From Fibrobacteria bacterium (GTDB taxonomy: Bacteria > Fibrobacterota > Chitinivibrionia > Chitinivibrionales > FEN-1185), in NCBI GenBank assembly GCA_037447435.1, contig JBBIGR010000041.1:1-49425 (forward strand): a stretch of DNA of 49,425 bases. Direction: 5' to 3'. Shown piece by piece: positions 30,401 to 39,356 of the stretch. Position 1 is the stretch's first letter; each line of letters opens with the position of its first letter. The notes beneath the pieces were generated by a model, which was not told where the DNA came from, searched no databases, and saw only the letters and a list, made by a program, of their open reading frames with translations. A program made the position numbers and the translations under genes.

Positions 30401-30906
30401 GCGGTTTCACGCCTGAAATTATTCTCAGTCAACCAAGCGCATAACTGGTCCATCGGCAATTCCTGGCCGATTTCGATCCTGATTACCCGATTGAATAAAT
30501 CCCGCGGCAACGGTACCTTTTGGAGTATTGCCGGGAAAGGGGCTATGTAAATTGCCCGTTTGCCTGCTAAAAGTTGGGAGAGTACTTTAAAGCGGCTTTC
30601 GACAATCGGCCCAAACGGGGATTTCATATTATATGGTACGGCATCTCGCGATGGAAACAGTGAAACACTATCTTCGCCGAGAATCGCCGCACATTCCGCC
30701 TGCAGCACTTCGGCGCGTTTACTGTTTTCGACTGACACGAAAATTGAATTCTGGGACGATCGAAAAATATCTGAAATAAGAAAGGCGTCTATTGAACCGT
30801 AACAGCCGGAAAATAAAGAAACAGAAGGGTTTTTAGATTTCCAATCCGCAATGGCCTTAAATGATGATTCTGAAAAATAGGTTGTTAAATGTGGTAAAAC
30901 AGCCAT
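27472..30906 (-). CDS. mfd: Transcription-repair coupling factor
   Basis: VRGGIIDI, VVHIDHGIGKF (RID/CarD-like), CGDVGFGKTEVA, DEEQRFGV, QLRGRVGRS, DLEIRGAGN. Confidence 0.97.
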   Translation of the reverse strand: MAVLPHLTTYFSESSFKAIADWKSKNPSVSLFSGCYGSIDAFLISDIFRSSQNSIFVSVENSKRAEVLQAECAAILGEDSVSLFPSRDAVPYNMKSPFGPIVESRFKVLSQLLAGKRAIYIAPFPAILQKVPLPRDLFNRVIRIEIGQELPMDQLCAWLTENNFRRETAVADVGSFCVRGGIIDIYPFMTDGPVRIEFFGDTVETIREFDVFSQKSARNRKTVEIFPMKEYCLTAQDIEKGLDSLVAFAEKKSEANTGVQKLSHQWRSLSDHDGIEWFLHHFALAEATIIDYLPQNTVIVWDDIIPPPRRFEECLQNYHRHLERVPQAFLQLVSPPEKLLVDKDDAVAGLSLFQNVYIGTNGIESFSFFHDFKTSEQPAFPQAIDPLVESLTKYHLEGFFTAIVCANEGYAQRLLELIGDACPFVKVFIGFLHRGFIDVPAQRLIFTDTQLFDRPPSRQITHKKSRIGSELPSYDSLSPGDFVVHIDHGIGKFVGIERLEAGDVSRDCMVIIYQNNAKLSVPVEDFHKVQKYIGKESIAPQMSKLGSGAWERVKEKTRESLREMAQELIELYAKRQYFEGIAYSPDTLWQKEFEEAFIYDETPDQLRAISEVKKDMESKKPMDRLVCGDVGFGKTEVAMRAAFKAVMDGYQVAILAPTTVLAAQHYSTLLQRMANFPVRIGMLSRFLTNKEQKDVVNRIKDGTVDIVVGTHRILSQDIEFKNLGLLIIDEEQRFGVKHKEKLKHYRFKVDVLSMTATPIPRTLHLSLVGARDLSIINTPPRNRLPIETHVTEYHDEILAQSIENELDRGGQVYVVNNRIQSLDAIKDKIEQMVPRARVICAHGQMDDGDLLARIMKEFIAGRFDVLVSTVIIENGLDIPNVNTMIVIRADTMGLSQLYQLRGRVGRSSEQAFAYFLTPSFKEVSEIALKRLRVLEQYTDLGSGFQIAMRDLEIRGAGNILGEHQHGFISAVGFELYCTLLQEAVKELKGETKPEDKQIETTVDIGLEAFIPTDYVADGAARISIYQQLSGAANSADVDQMQRELNDRFGPMPKSVESLLLMMRIKVLAKMLGCIKISISTEKVLQLAFEGDNALVKEKIGKVLSKSDRRFDVVSEAVVVLKTTLNAKDLHDQALETVAILHSVL

Positions 30907-30948
30907 TAATCTTCCAGCACAGGGAGTGGTCGGAAAAAGAGGGATAAA

Positions 30949-31020
30949 TGAGCTAGCAAGGATTTGAACCTTGGACTCTCGCCTTAAAAGGGCGATACTC
31001 TACCGCTGAGTTACTAGCCC
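30949..31020 (-). tRNA. tRNA-Lys(UUU), CCA not encoded
   Basis: GGGCTAG/CTAGCTC acceptor stem, D arm ACTC-AGCGGTA-GAGT, anticodon arm TCGCC-CTTTTAA-GGCGA, T arm CAAGG-TTCAAAT-CCTTG; 72 nt. Confidence 0.96.
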
Positions 31021-31088
31021 ATTCAAAATTGAACAGACACTTAAAATATATTTTTTATAAAAAAAATTCAACAATTATAAATAAGGTT

Positions 31089-34000
31089 TTATAAATAAGC
31101 TTTCATTTGCATGGATAAAACATGCAATCCGTTTGCATTAAAATACGTTTTCCCTATTTCGCCGTGATAGGTTAAATCAAATGAGAAATGCGTATTAAAG
31201 CCGATATGGGCCGATACGTCGAAACTATGCGTTAGCCCTGGGGAAAAACCTTGGGCAAGGCGAGGATCTACGATATTTTCTAATCCGACATATGAATAGG
31301 TATATGATGCTTCAGCACTGCCGCTGTTTGAAATTTGCCATTGAAGCCCGGGGACCGCGCGATAATACCATCCTTTGTCGCCATCGCTTGCATCGCTTCC
31401 GGTTTTTCCGGCCCACCCTGCTGTTTCCTTGAGATAGACGGTTAAAGGGTGAAAAATGTTGTATTTTTCGGTGGCAACGCCGTAACGGTCCGCCAGGTCA
31501 TATGAAGTGGAAACATTGCTCCACCAGGCATTGAAAACCGTCCCTTCCACGGAATAAAACCAGGGGTCAACGCTTTTATCTATCGAGCCCCCCCACGATA
31601 CTCCGGTTTCGGAATAGGTACTTTGTTTTTTCACATCCGGCTCGACAAAGACCCTGCCGTGCAGGCCTTTCATACTGTCGGGCGTCCAATCGATATTCTG
31701 ACGGTAAGAACAATCGGACAATACGATCGAAGGATCTTGCAACTTTTCATTTGAGAAAACGGATCGGTACCCCGGTATCCAAGACGACGCGGGCTGATTG
31801 TAATCCAAAGAAATATTTTCTTCGCAAAGCAAGGCGCCATACCAAGAAAGGTCTCGAAAAAGGCCCGATAAGGTTTTCTTTTGCGGCCAATACGACCAAT
31901 TGACGCATAATCGCGTTTTCCGTTGTCGCTGTTGCGATGTGCTGTCGTAAACCTCTTTTTGGGTCAGCACATAATCCCCATTCGGCTTCAACACATATTT
32001 TCCAAGCGAATCGCTCCACACCGCATTTCCCTGGCCGGGTTGCGTATAAATTCCGACGGTTTCAAAACTCGATCCTTGTTCTATGGTAACGCGATAATCC
32101 TGGTGAGACGAAAATCCTTTTTCGACAAGCGACACATCGCTTTGTGCTGCGGCGAGAAATGTCGACTGACGAACCAAATTATATACGTCAAGGTCCATGT
32201 ATTTTGCCGTTGCATCAACATTCCAATACCGGTTAATAGAACGGTTGAACGATTGTTCCCAAACTACGGTACGTCCGGTATCCGACGCCGTGACAATGCC
32301 GTCACTTCCCTTTTTATGCAGCATGAGCGAGACCGATTCCTTGAGGCCTAAAGGTGCAAACGATACTGCGACACCGGATTTTTCATCACCCCTGTTTCCA
32401 CCGGTTTCATACGACCGCCATTCGTCTCCGACATTAAAAACCAAATCCGAACGCCCTAGTTTTTTATCAAAAATCAAATCATCCCTACGGGTATTGTCTT
32501 GCGATGCAAGGTGACGGAACAAGCTGCCGTTATACCGAAGAGACAAGGATTGCTGCCTGGAAAATACCGCATCGAAGTCGATACGGTCGGTTACCAGTAT
32601 ATTGTCATGCCGGAATTGTCCGTACGACGCTTCAGTCGTGAGCCCAGGGACAATGGTCAGGCCTCCTTGCGTTTCCCAACTGTGACGCAGCCCGCCTCGC
32701 ATATTCGAAGTCGTGTCGTCCCAACGCTGGTTAGCTTCGGAAACATCAATCGCCTCCCTGGTATACTTTGGCGTTACGTAAAAATTCTTCCCGCTCACCC
32801 ACAACGACCGTTTCTCCGGGTTTTTTATTCCTAAAAGGAAAGAAACATCCGAAGCAAAACCGCTATTGCGGTGATCGCCGATAGTCGAAAAAAGGTTTTG
32901 GTCATGTTCCATTCCAGCCAAATCGATCTGGGCCGAGACCCATTTTTGGGGAGAAATTCGCGTTTTTATTTCCCCGATCGCATTGCTTTGCGGCAAAGGA
33001 ATGGGCGTGGAATCCGATGCGGTCCCGTTTCCCGCGCCGACATACGAATAAATTTTTCCCAATTTCGGATATTGCGCCATTAAATTCTGGTCAAGACTGT
33101 AATCGCCTTGATTGCTTCCTTTTTCGGCAAACCACACCGTAAAGTAACCGGCATTATTATTGGCGCTGTCCTTGTTGAATTTTACAAAGGCCCATTTTCC
33201 GTTATTGTCTTTTTTGTATAGAGGGTACACGTCCGTTTGCCAGGCAACTTCCTTGGGATCGACTTCCCGCGCGCTGGAATGCATCGGTGCAACGGTATCG
33301 TTGGCATGTGACATTCGATCGATATCTTCAGGAGATAAAATTAAATCGATGGGCCTGTTTTTGTCATCGGATTCATACCAGAGTCCTCCGTCTACGGTAA
33401 CCGAAGAATCCCGCAACGCCTCATTGACATGCGCACCGACCAGCGTACGTTGATAATCGTAAAGTTTATATTCGTACTCAAATTTAATGAGATCGTCTTC
33501 TTTTATAAGTATTTTCGGCATAAAGGTGATTGTTCCTGCATCGTAATCCACGGTATAATCCTGTTGCACACCTTCGGTAAGCTTTTGGCCGTTTACCGAT
33601 ACGCTCACGGTTCCCCGTAGCGGCATGATAAACGCTTTTTCACCGTTGCCGGTACAATAATAGGGACCTTGCATGCCGCCTTTGCCCTTGATGTTTTGTA
33701 TGGTAAAGGATCCGGCCGAAACAGCGCCAAAAACCTTAACCGTGCCTATTGTGCCGAACAAATTAGGGTTATATCCGAAACTAAGGCCTTTCAATTTTTT
33801 TTGACCTTGTACCAGACCGTTTGAAACCGGCCAGTACATATACTGATCCCCGACGCTGCACGTGTATCGCGGATTAACAAGTTCTACATAAATCCGATCC
33901 AAATCGCTAATTTCCCTCGTCCCCTCCAAACTCGTTCCCTGATCGGTAAGATGACCTGCAAGCGTCGTGTGCGGTGCAATTTCTCCGGAAAGCGTCACAT

Positions 34001-34553
34001 CGAGAGATTGTTCCAGATTCACATTTCCCATGGTTCCCATCGACACATTGATGCTTTTATAGCCGGACAAGGTCAGGTTTTCTTCCGAAAATCTGTTTTG
34101 TGGGACCCTCAAAAGCGAATCGCGAACCATAACCAAGGTATCGTTCGCGGCTGCGTAGCGTTTTTCGAAAAGCGAATAAATTCTCGGAAATCCGGTATGA
34201 AGAACAGTGAAACGAACAACCATTTTTGTGCCCCGCTCAATCGGTTCCGAAAACATCAGGGCATTGATATTGTTGACAAACATGTATTCGGGGACAGGTC
34301 GGTCAATCGTATCGGAAATCGGATTTCGGCCATTGCCGGCATTGCGCAAAAACGTTATGGTTATGCTGGACGTGTCGATAAAGCTGTTGCCTAAAACGTA
34401 GGGACCCGGGCCGCCGTCGGCAATAATGGTGGTATCGATTTGATTTGCATGCAAAGGAAACGCGGCAAACATCAATTGACACATGATCGCAACGATGATT
34501 GTAGTATGCAGGCGGGTGCAGCTGGATTTGTGCTTTGGTTTGGGAAATTTCAT
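31089..34553 (-). CDS. Large uncharacterised outer-membrane beta-barrel-like protein
   Basis: 1154 aa; signal peptide; SGYKSINVSMG...QSLDVTLSGEI; VNGQKLTEG..QDYTVDYDAGTITF; many amphipathic strands; ends MQMKAYL. Confidence 0.75.
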   Translation of the reverse strand: MKFPKPKHKSSCTRLHTTIIVAIMCQLMFAAFPLHANQIDTTIIADGGPGPYVLGNSFIDTSSITITFLRNAGNGRNPISDTIDRPVPEYMFVNNINALMFSEPIERGTKMVVRFTVLHTGFPRIYSLFEKRYAAANDTLVMVRDSLLRVPQNRFSEENLTLSGYKSINVSMGTMGNVNLEQSLDVTLSGEIAPHTTLAGHLTDQGTSLEGTREISDLDRIYVELVNPRYTCSVGDQYMYWPVSNGLVQGQKKLKGLSFGYNPNLFGTIGTVKVFGAVSAGSFTIQNIKGKGGMQGPYYCTGNGEKAFIMPLRGTVSVSVNGQKLTEGVQQDYTVDYDAGTITFMPKILIKEDDLIKFEYEYKLYDYQRTLVGAHVNEALRDSSVTVDGGLWYESDDKNRPIDLILSPEDIDRMSHANDTVAPMHSSAREVDPKEVAWQTDVYPLYKKDNNGKWAFVKFNKDSANNNAGYFTVWFAEKGSNQGDYSLDQNLMAQYPKLGKIYSYVGAGNGTASDSTPIPLPQSNAIGEIKTRISPQKWVSAQIDLAGMEHDQNLFSTIGDHRNSGFASDVSFLLGIKNPEKRSLWVSGKNFYVTPKYTREAIDVSEANQRWDDTTSNMRGGLRHSWETQGGLTIVPGLTTEASYGQFRHDNILVTDRIDFDAVFSRQQSLSLRYNGSLFRHLASQDNTRRDDLIFDKKLGRSDLVFNVGDEWRSYETGGNRGDEKSGVAVSFAPLGLKESVSLMLHKKGSDGIVTASDTGRTVVWEQSFNRSINRYWNVDATAKYMDLDVYNLVRQSTFLAAAQSDVSLVEKGFSSHQDYRVTIEQGSSFETVGIYTQPGQGNAVWSDSLGKYVLKPNGDYVLTQKEVYDSTSQQRQRKTRLCVNWSYWPQKKTLSGLFRDLSWYGALLCEENISLDYNQPASSWIPGYRSVFSNEKLQDPSIVLSDCSYRQNIDWTPDSMKGLHGRVFVEPDVKKQSTYSETGVSWGGSIDKSVDPWFYSVEGTVFNAWWSNVSTSYDLADRYGVATEKYNIFHPLTVYLKETAGWAGKTGSDASDGDKGWYYRAVPGLQWQISNSGSAEASYTYSYVGLENIVDPRLAQGFSPGLTHSFDVSAHIGFNTHFSFDLTYHGEIGKTYFNANGLHVLSMQMKAYL

Positions 34554-34676
34554 TGTATTTTAATATACTTGCGCTGTACACGCGCCGTACAAGGGCGGCC
34601 GCTGATGAATTTTCTTTGCCATTTTTCTAATATGATTAATATTCGTCATTGATCAGAATTTATTTTGTAAGTAATA

Positions 34677-36737
34677 ATGGCCCGATTAATCGACACTCGC
34701 CTTGATTTTTTATCACCGGTCAGCCTGGTGCCTGGGCTGGGGCCAAAACGCGTCAAGGCCCTCCAGGAATCCGACATCGCTACCATCGGCGATCTTTTAT
34801 ATCATTTTCCCAGACGCTATATAGATCGATCGGCAATTATTCCGATAAACGAATGCGCAAACCATGTCGATTCCGTGGTCACGGTTATCGGGGAAGTCAC
34901 AAAAGTCCGCATTGAGCGGGGAAGGCGGCAACGGCTGCGCATTCAATTGACAGACAAGAGCGGAAGCATGGAAGCGCTCTGGTTCGCAGGTATTCCGTAT
35001 TTCAAAACGTTGATTTTCCAAGGCATCCGAATCGTTTGCACGGGAAAGGTTTCTCTTGCAGTCGGACCGCAATTTGTACATCCGAACATCGAACGCCTGA
35101 ACGATGATCAGACCCTGCCTCGTATTACTTTTTTGCCGGTTTACCCGATAACGACGCCTATGAGAGACGCTCATATTCAACAGAAACTGCTTTGCAAAAC
35201 GATCCTTTGGACTCTGGATAATGTCAAGCATTATCCCCAATCCCTTCCCAAAGCAATCGAAGAAAAACACGGATTTCCGCTGTTGCAAATATGCTTGCGT
35301 CAAAGCCATGTTCCCGACGATGTCGGGAAGCTTGAACAATACCGTTCCCGGCTCATTTACGAGGAACTGTATCAACTTGCAGTATCGGTTCGTTTCAGTA
35401 AAAAAAATTTCAGGTTGCCGGGCCGATCGCTTAAGAGCGGCGACCTTGGTAATAAACTTGCCAAGGCCTTGCCCTTTGAATTGACAGAAGAACAATCTAA
35501 AGCGATCGAGACATTGCTCCTTGACGCCGCTTCACCGCACCGTATGCATCGCCTCCTGCAAGGGGATGTGGGATCGGGCAAAACGATTGTCGCTCTTTTT
35601 GCAACGCTCGGGGCTTTGAATTCTGGGTTTCAGGTCGCATGGCTGGTCCCGACCGAGATCCTTGCGAGCCAGGCACATCAAACCTTATCGCCCTTACTTT
35701 TTAAACTCGGTATATCCTGCGCTATGGTAACAGGTCGTACCCCAAAGGAAACCAAAAGAGAGCTTTTCGTAAATTGTGCAAACGGCAACATTCCATTTAT
35801 AATAGGTACTCATACGCTGCTTGGTCCCGGCGTTACGTTTGGCAAACTCGGCATGGTCGTTATAGACGAACAACACCGTTTCGGCGCAAACCAGCGGCTT
35901 GCTCTTTCGCAAAAAGACTGCGCTGCCGACGTACTGGTTATGTCAGCCACCCCTATTCCGCAGACTCTGGCTAAAACCCTCTATGGCGATCTCGACATTG
36001 TTTCCATTCATTCACTTCCGAAAGGACGGCTTCCGGTAAAAACCCATTGGGTACCGCCAACAAAGCGGAGCGATATGGAACAGTTCGTGCTCGACTCGAT
36101 GAAAAATACCGATTGTCAAGTTTTTTACGTCGTTCCCCGGATAGAAGCGGACGATACTTCGGACGACGATACCGCTCAAAAACTGCAAGACGCGATTTCG
36201 CTTTTCGAATCTCTTCGGTACGGAACGTTTTCATCAATTGCCATGGGGTTAATCCATGGAAAAACCGAACCGGAAGAAGCCGAAGAAACAATGAGAAAGT
36301 TCTATTCGGGCCAAATCCGGATACTTGTCGCCACAACGATCATTGAGGTCGGAATCGACGTGCCCAACGCATCTATTCTCATTATAGAAAACGCAGACCG
36401 TTTCGGTCTTTCCCAATTGCATCAATTGCGCGGAAGGGTCGGCAGGTCGCCGAAACAGGCGTATTGTTTTCTTTTGTCAAACGCACAGCCGGAATCAATT
36501 GCAAAGAAACGGATTTCTTATTTTTGCTCTCACACGAACGGATTTGATATAGCGGAAATGGACCTGCAACTCCGTGGTCCGGGAGAAATTGCAGGCATCC
36601 GTCAAAGCGGTTGGGAAGACCTAAAAATGGCCGACATCCTCAGGGATGCTCATTTGTTTAGACAAATAAATGAAGATATTGATGGGTTGACGAAACACGG
36701 CCAGAAATTGACGTCAATAAATGAGAATACAAATTAA
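34677..36737 (+). CDS. recG: ATP-dependent DNA helicase RecG
   Basis: LYHFPRRYID, QGDVGSGKT, DEQHRFG, MSATPIP, QLRGRVGR, DLQLRGPGE. Confidence 0.96.
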   Translation: MARLIDTRLDFLSPVSLVPGLGPKRVKALQESDIATIGDLLYHFPRRYIDRSAIIPINECANHVDSVVTVIGEVTKVRIERGRRQRLRIQLTDKSGSMEALWFAGIPYFKTLIFQGIRIVCTGKVSLAVGPQFVHPNIERLNDDQTLPRITFLPVYPITTPMRDAHIQQKLLCKTILWTLDNVKHYPQSLPKAIEEKHGFPLLQICLRQSHVPDDVGKLEQYRSRLIYEELYQLAVSVRFSKKNFRLPGRSLKSGDLGNKLAKALPFELTEEQSKAIETLLLDAASPHRMHRLLQGDVGSGKTIVALFATLGALNSGFQVAWLVPTEILASQAHQTLSPLLFKLGISCAMVTGRTPKETKRELFVNCANGNIPFIIGTHTLLGPGVTFGKLGMVVIDEQHRFGANQRLALSQKDCAADVLVMSATPIPQTLAKTLYGDLDIVSIHSLPKGRLPVKTHWVPPTKRSDMEQFVLDSMKNTDCQVFYVVPRIEADDTSDDDTAQKLQDAISLFESLRYGTFSSIAMGLIHGKTEPEEAEETMRKFYSGQIRILVATTIIEVGIDVPNASILIIENADRFGLSQLHQLRGRVGRSPKQAYCFLLSNAQPESIAKKRISYFCSHTNGFDIAEMDLQLRGPGEIAGIRQSGWEDLKMADILRDAHLFRQINEDIDGLTKHGQKLTSINENTN

Positions 36738-36802
36738 AAAATCTTCATAGATTTTATTTTTAAAAACCCTCTCAATATATTATATTATTTCCTATTCAAA
36801 AC

Positions 36803-36826
36803 CGACAATACAAATTGTCGTTTTTT
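36803..36826 (+). terminator. Possible intrinsic terminator between recG and the GT2 gene
   Basis: CGACAAT-ACAA-ATTGTCG followed by TTTTTT. Confidence 0.5.
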
Positions 36827-36856
36827 CTTACCCTTTTTCGCAGACGGACAGAAGTT

Positions 36857-38371
36857 ATGATCCCAGTCATCGTAGGTTCCTTGTATGTTATTTGCTCCAT
36901 CGCGCTTTTGGCCTATGGAACACAATGTTATGTCCTTACTTATTTATACCTAAGGAAGCGGGCATCTAAACTCGAGTTTCAACGTAAGACCATGAAATAT
37001 TTCGACACCCTTGTCGATGAAAACGCCTATCCGACAGTCGTCACCCAATTACCGATGTATAACGAGAAGACCGTTGCAGTTCGAGTGATCGAAGCTGCGG
37101 CGTCGATGGAGTACCCTGTTTCAAAGCATGAGATACAGGTTCTCGATGACAGCAACGACGAAACAGTGGGCCTCGTCAATGAAACCGTTGCGCGTCTTCA
37201 GAAAAAAGGTATTAATGTAACTGTTATCCGCCGAAAAGACCGTATCGGTTTCAAAGCCGGCGCATTACAATATGGATTAAATCATACGAATGCGGAATTC
37301 GTCGCCATTTTTGATGCCGATTTTGTTCCGCAGCCCGATTTCTTGAAAAAATCAATATGCTTTTTTATCGGTCGGCCTCAACTCGGTCTAGTTCAAGGAC
37401 GTTGGTCTCATCTCAATAGCAAGGCATCCCTTATTACCCGCGGGCAAGCCATGGGAATAGACGGCCATTTTATGGTTGAACAAGCTGCGCGAAGTTGGAA
37501 TGGTTTGTTCATGAATTTCAATGGCACTGCAGGAGTTTTTCGTAGAGAAGCTATTGAATCCAGCGGCGGCTGGCATCACGATACATTAACCGAAGACATG
37601 GACTTATCGTATCGTATGCAGTTAAAAGATTGGGAAACCGAATATGTACCTGATCTGGAAGTTCCGGCTGAATTGCCTGAAGACATCAATGCATTTAAAA
37701 ATCAACAATTTCGATGGGCAAAAGGATCTATTCAAACCGCAATTAAAATCATTCCCCTTCTTCGCCAAAAGAAATTGTCTTCATTCAAATTTTTCCAAGC
37801 GGTTTTACATTTGACCCATTATACGGTTCATCCGCTTATGCTGATGTTGGCATTTTTGACAATGCCTGTATTGTTCTTTATTAAGGTATATATGCATCCG
37901 GCTGTTTTTGCCGCGGTAATTGTCGCAATGATTCTTGCAACAAGCGGACCCGGTGCCATGTACATGATCTCCCAACATTACCTGGGAAATAAAATACGAA
38001 GAAAAATTTTCATGATTCCTGCCATGATGCTTATCGGAACCGGTTTGGCAGTTAATAATGCCAAGGCAGTTCTCGAAGCGTTGTTCGGTAAAGACTCCGA
38101 TTTTCTTCGCACCCCGAAAAAAGGCCATGGTGCAAAATCATCGTATCGTCCTTTCAAAGATTATACCTGGGCAGTCGAATTATTTTTCGGCATGTATTGC
38201 ATGACCGGCCTGTGGTTTTTTATCGGTTTTACCAATGCAATCGTAAGCCCGTTCCTTCTCTTGTATGCTTCCGGATTTTTGTTTGTAGGAATGCTTTCGG
38301 TTATTCACTACAAACGCCCGGAATTGATTTCCATTAAAATGAGAAACCCGCGCGAAGCAAGCGCCGAGTAA
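36857..38371 (+). CDS. Membrane-bound processive GT2 glycosyltransferase (cellulose-synthase-like)
   Basis: QLPMYNE, QVLDDS, KAGAL, DADF, TEDMD, QQFRW (D,D,D,QxxRW); C-terminal TM helices. Confidence 0.9.
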   Translation: MIPVIVGSLYVICSIALLAYGTQCYVLTYLYLRKRASKLEFQRKTMKYFDTLVDENAYPTVVTQLPMYNEKTVAVRVIEAAASMEYPVSKHEIQVLDDSNDETVGLVNETVARLQKKGINVTVIRRKDRIGFKAGALQYGLNHTNAEFVAIFDADFVPQPDFLKKSICFFIGRPQLGLVQGRWSHLNSKASLITRGQAMGIDGHFMVEQAARSWNGLFMNFNGTAGVFRREAIESSGGWHHDTLTEDMDLSYRMQLKDWETEYVPDLEVPAELPEDINAFKNQQFRWAKGSIQTAIKIIPLLRQKKLSSFKFFQAVLHLTHYTVHPLMLMLAFLTMPVLFFIKVYMHPAVFAAVIVAMILATSGPGAMYMISQHYLGNKIRRKIFMIPAMMLIGTGLAVNNAKAVLEALFGKDSDFLRTPKKGHGAKSSYRPFKDYTWAVELFFGMYCMTGLWFFIGFTNAIVSPFLLLYASGFLFVGMLSVIHYKRPELISIKMRNPREASAE

Positions 38372-38403
38372 CTCGCTTTGCTTTTTAGGAACTTCCTTTC
38401 CCC

Positions 38404-39348
38404 GTGAAATCTTTTGCAATAATCGGTACCGGCGCAGTAGGTGGTCTCTACGGCGCTTGGCTTGTTCGCGCCGGTTTCGACGTCCATTTCCTTGCCCGTT
38501 CCGATTACGGTCATATCAAATCCGATGGTTTACGCATCGATTCCGTAAGAGGCGATTTTAATCTTCCTCATGTAAACGTCTACGATACCGTCAAGGATTT
38601 GCCAAAATGCGACGGGGTTATTGTTTCGGTGAAAACAACCGTAAATGATATTCTCCCGGGCATTATTCCGCACATCGTCAAAGATGACGGGGTTGTTCTG
38701 GTCATGCAAAACGGCATGGGGGCCGAAGAATCTATTGCGCAGATTGTCGGGCCGCAGCGGGTTTTCGGCGTACTCTGCTTTGTCTGCTCGAACAAAATTG
38801 GCCCTGGCCATATACACCACCTTGACTTTGGCCATATCACCATCGGCCAATACGCTCCGGATAATAAACCCGTGGGCATCACGGAAAAACTCACCGAAAT
38901 CGGCAATGCTTTTTCCCATGCAAACATTAAGGTATCCCTGGCTCCGGACCTCAAGATTGCTCGTTGGAAAAAACTTGTTTGGAACATTCCATACAACGGG
39001 TTATCGGTAGTATTGAATACCACGACCGACACTTTAATGCAGAATAAATATTGTCGGGAACTCGTTAAAAAAATCATGCAGGAAGTTTATCAGGGAGCAT
39101 GTTGCTGCGGTTGCGGGTTCGACGAATCTTTTATAGACCAAATGCTAACGTATACAGACTCGATGCCGCCCTATAAAACAAGCATGAAAATAGATTTCGA
39201 CTTTAAGCGGCCTTTGGAAGTCGAGTCGATTTTCGGCACGCCGCTTTTATTGGCGACAAAAGCCGAAGCAACGCTTCCGCTGATCTCTATGCTGTATTGT
39301 CAATTGAAATTCCTCGATGAGGCCAATACCCGTCACGCAAAACCGTGA
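38404..39348 (+). CDS. 2-dehydropantoate 2-reductase family protein (PanE/ApbA)
   Basis: IGTGAVGGLYG, QNGMG, WKKLVWN, YKTSMKID, LEVESI. Confidence 0.88.
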   Translation: MKSFAIIGTGAVGGLYGAWLVRAGFDVHFLARSDYGHIKSDGLRIDSVRGDFNLPHVNVYDTVKDLPKCDGVIVSVKTTVNDILPGIIPHIVKDDGVVLVMQNGMGAEESIAQIVGPQRVFGVLCFVCSNKIGPGHIHHLDFGHITIGQYAPDNKPVGITEKLTEIGNAFSHANIKVSLAPDLKIARWKKLVWNIPYNGLSVVLNTTTDTLMQNKYCRELVKKIMQEVYQGACCCGCGFDESFIDQMLTYTDSMPPYKTSMKIDFDFKRPLEVESIFGTPLLLATKAEATLPLISMLYCQLKFLDEANTRHAKP

Positions 39349-39356
39349 AACGCCCC

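Noticed and set aside
30907..31088. Integrative element at tRNA-Lys
   Set aside because: No integrase and no duplicated tRNA 3' end seen; mfd follows directly.
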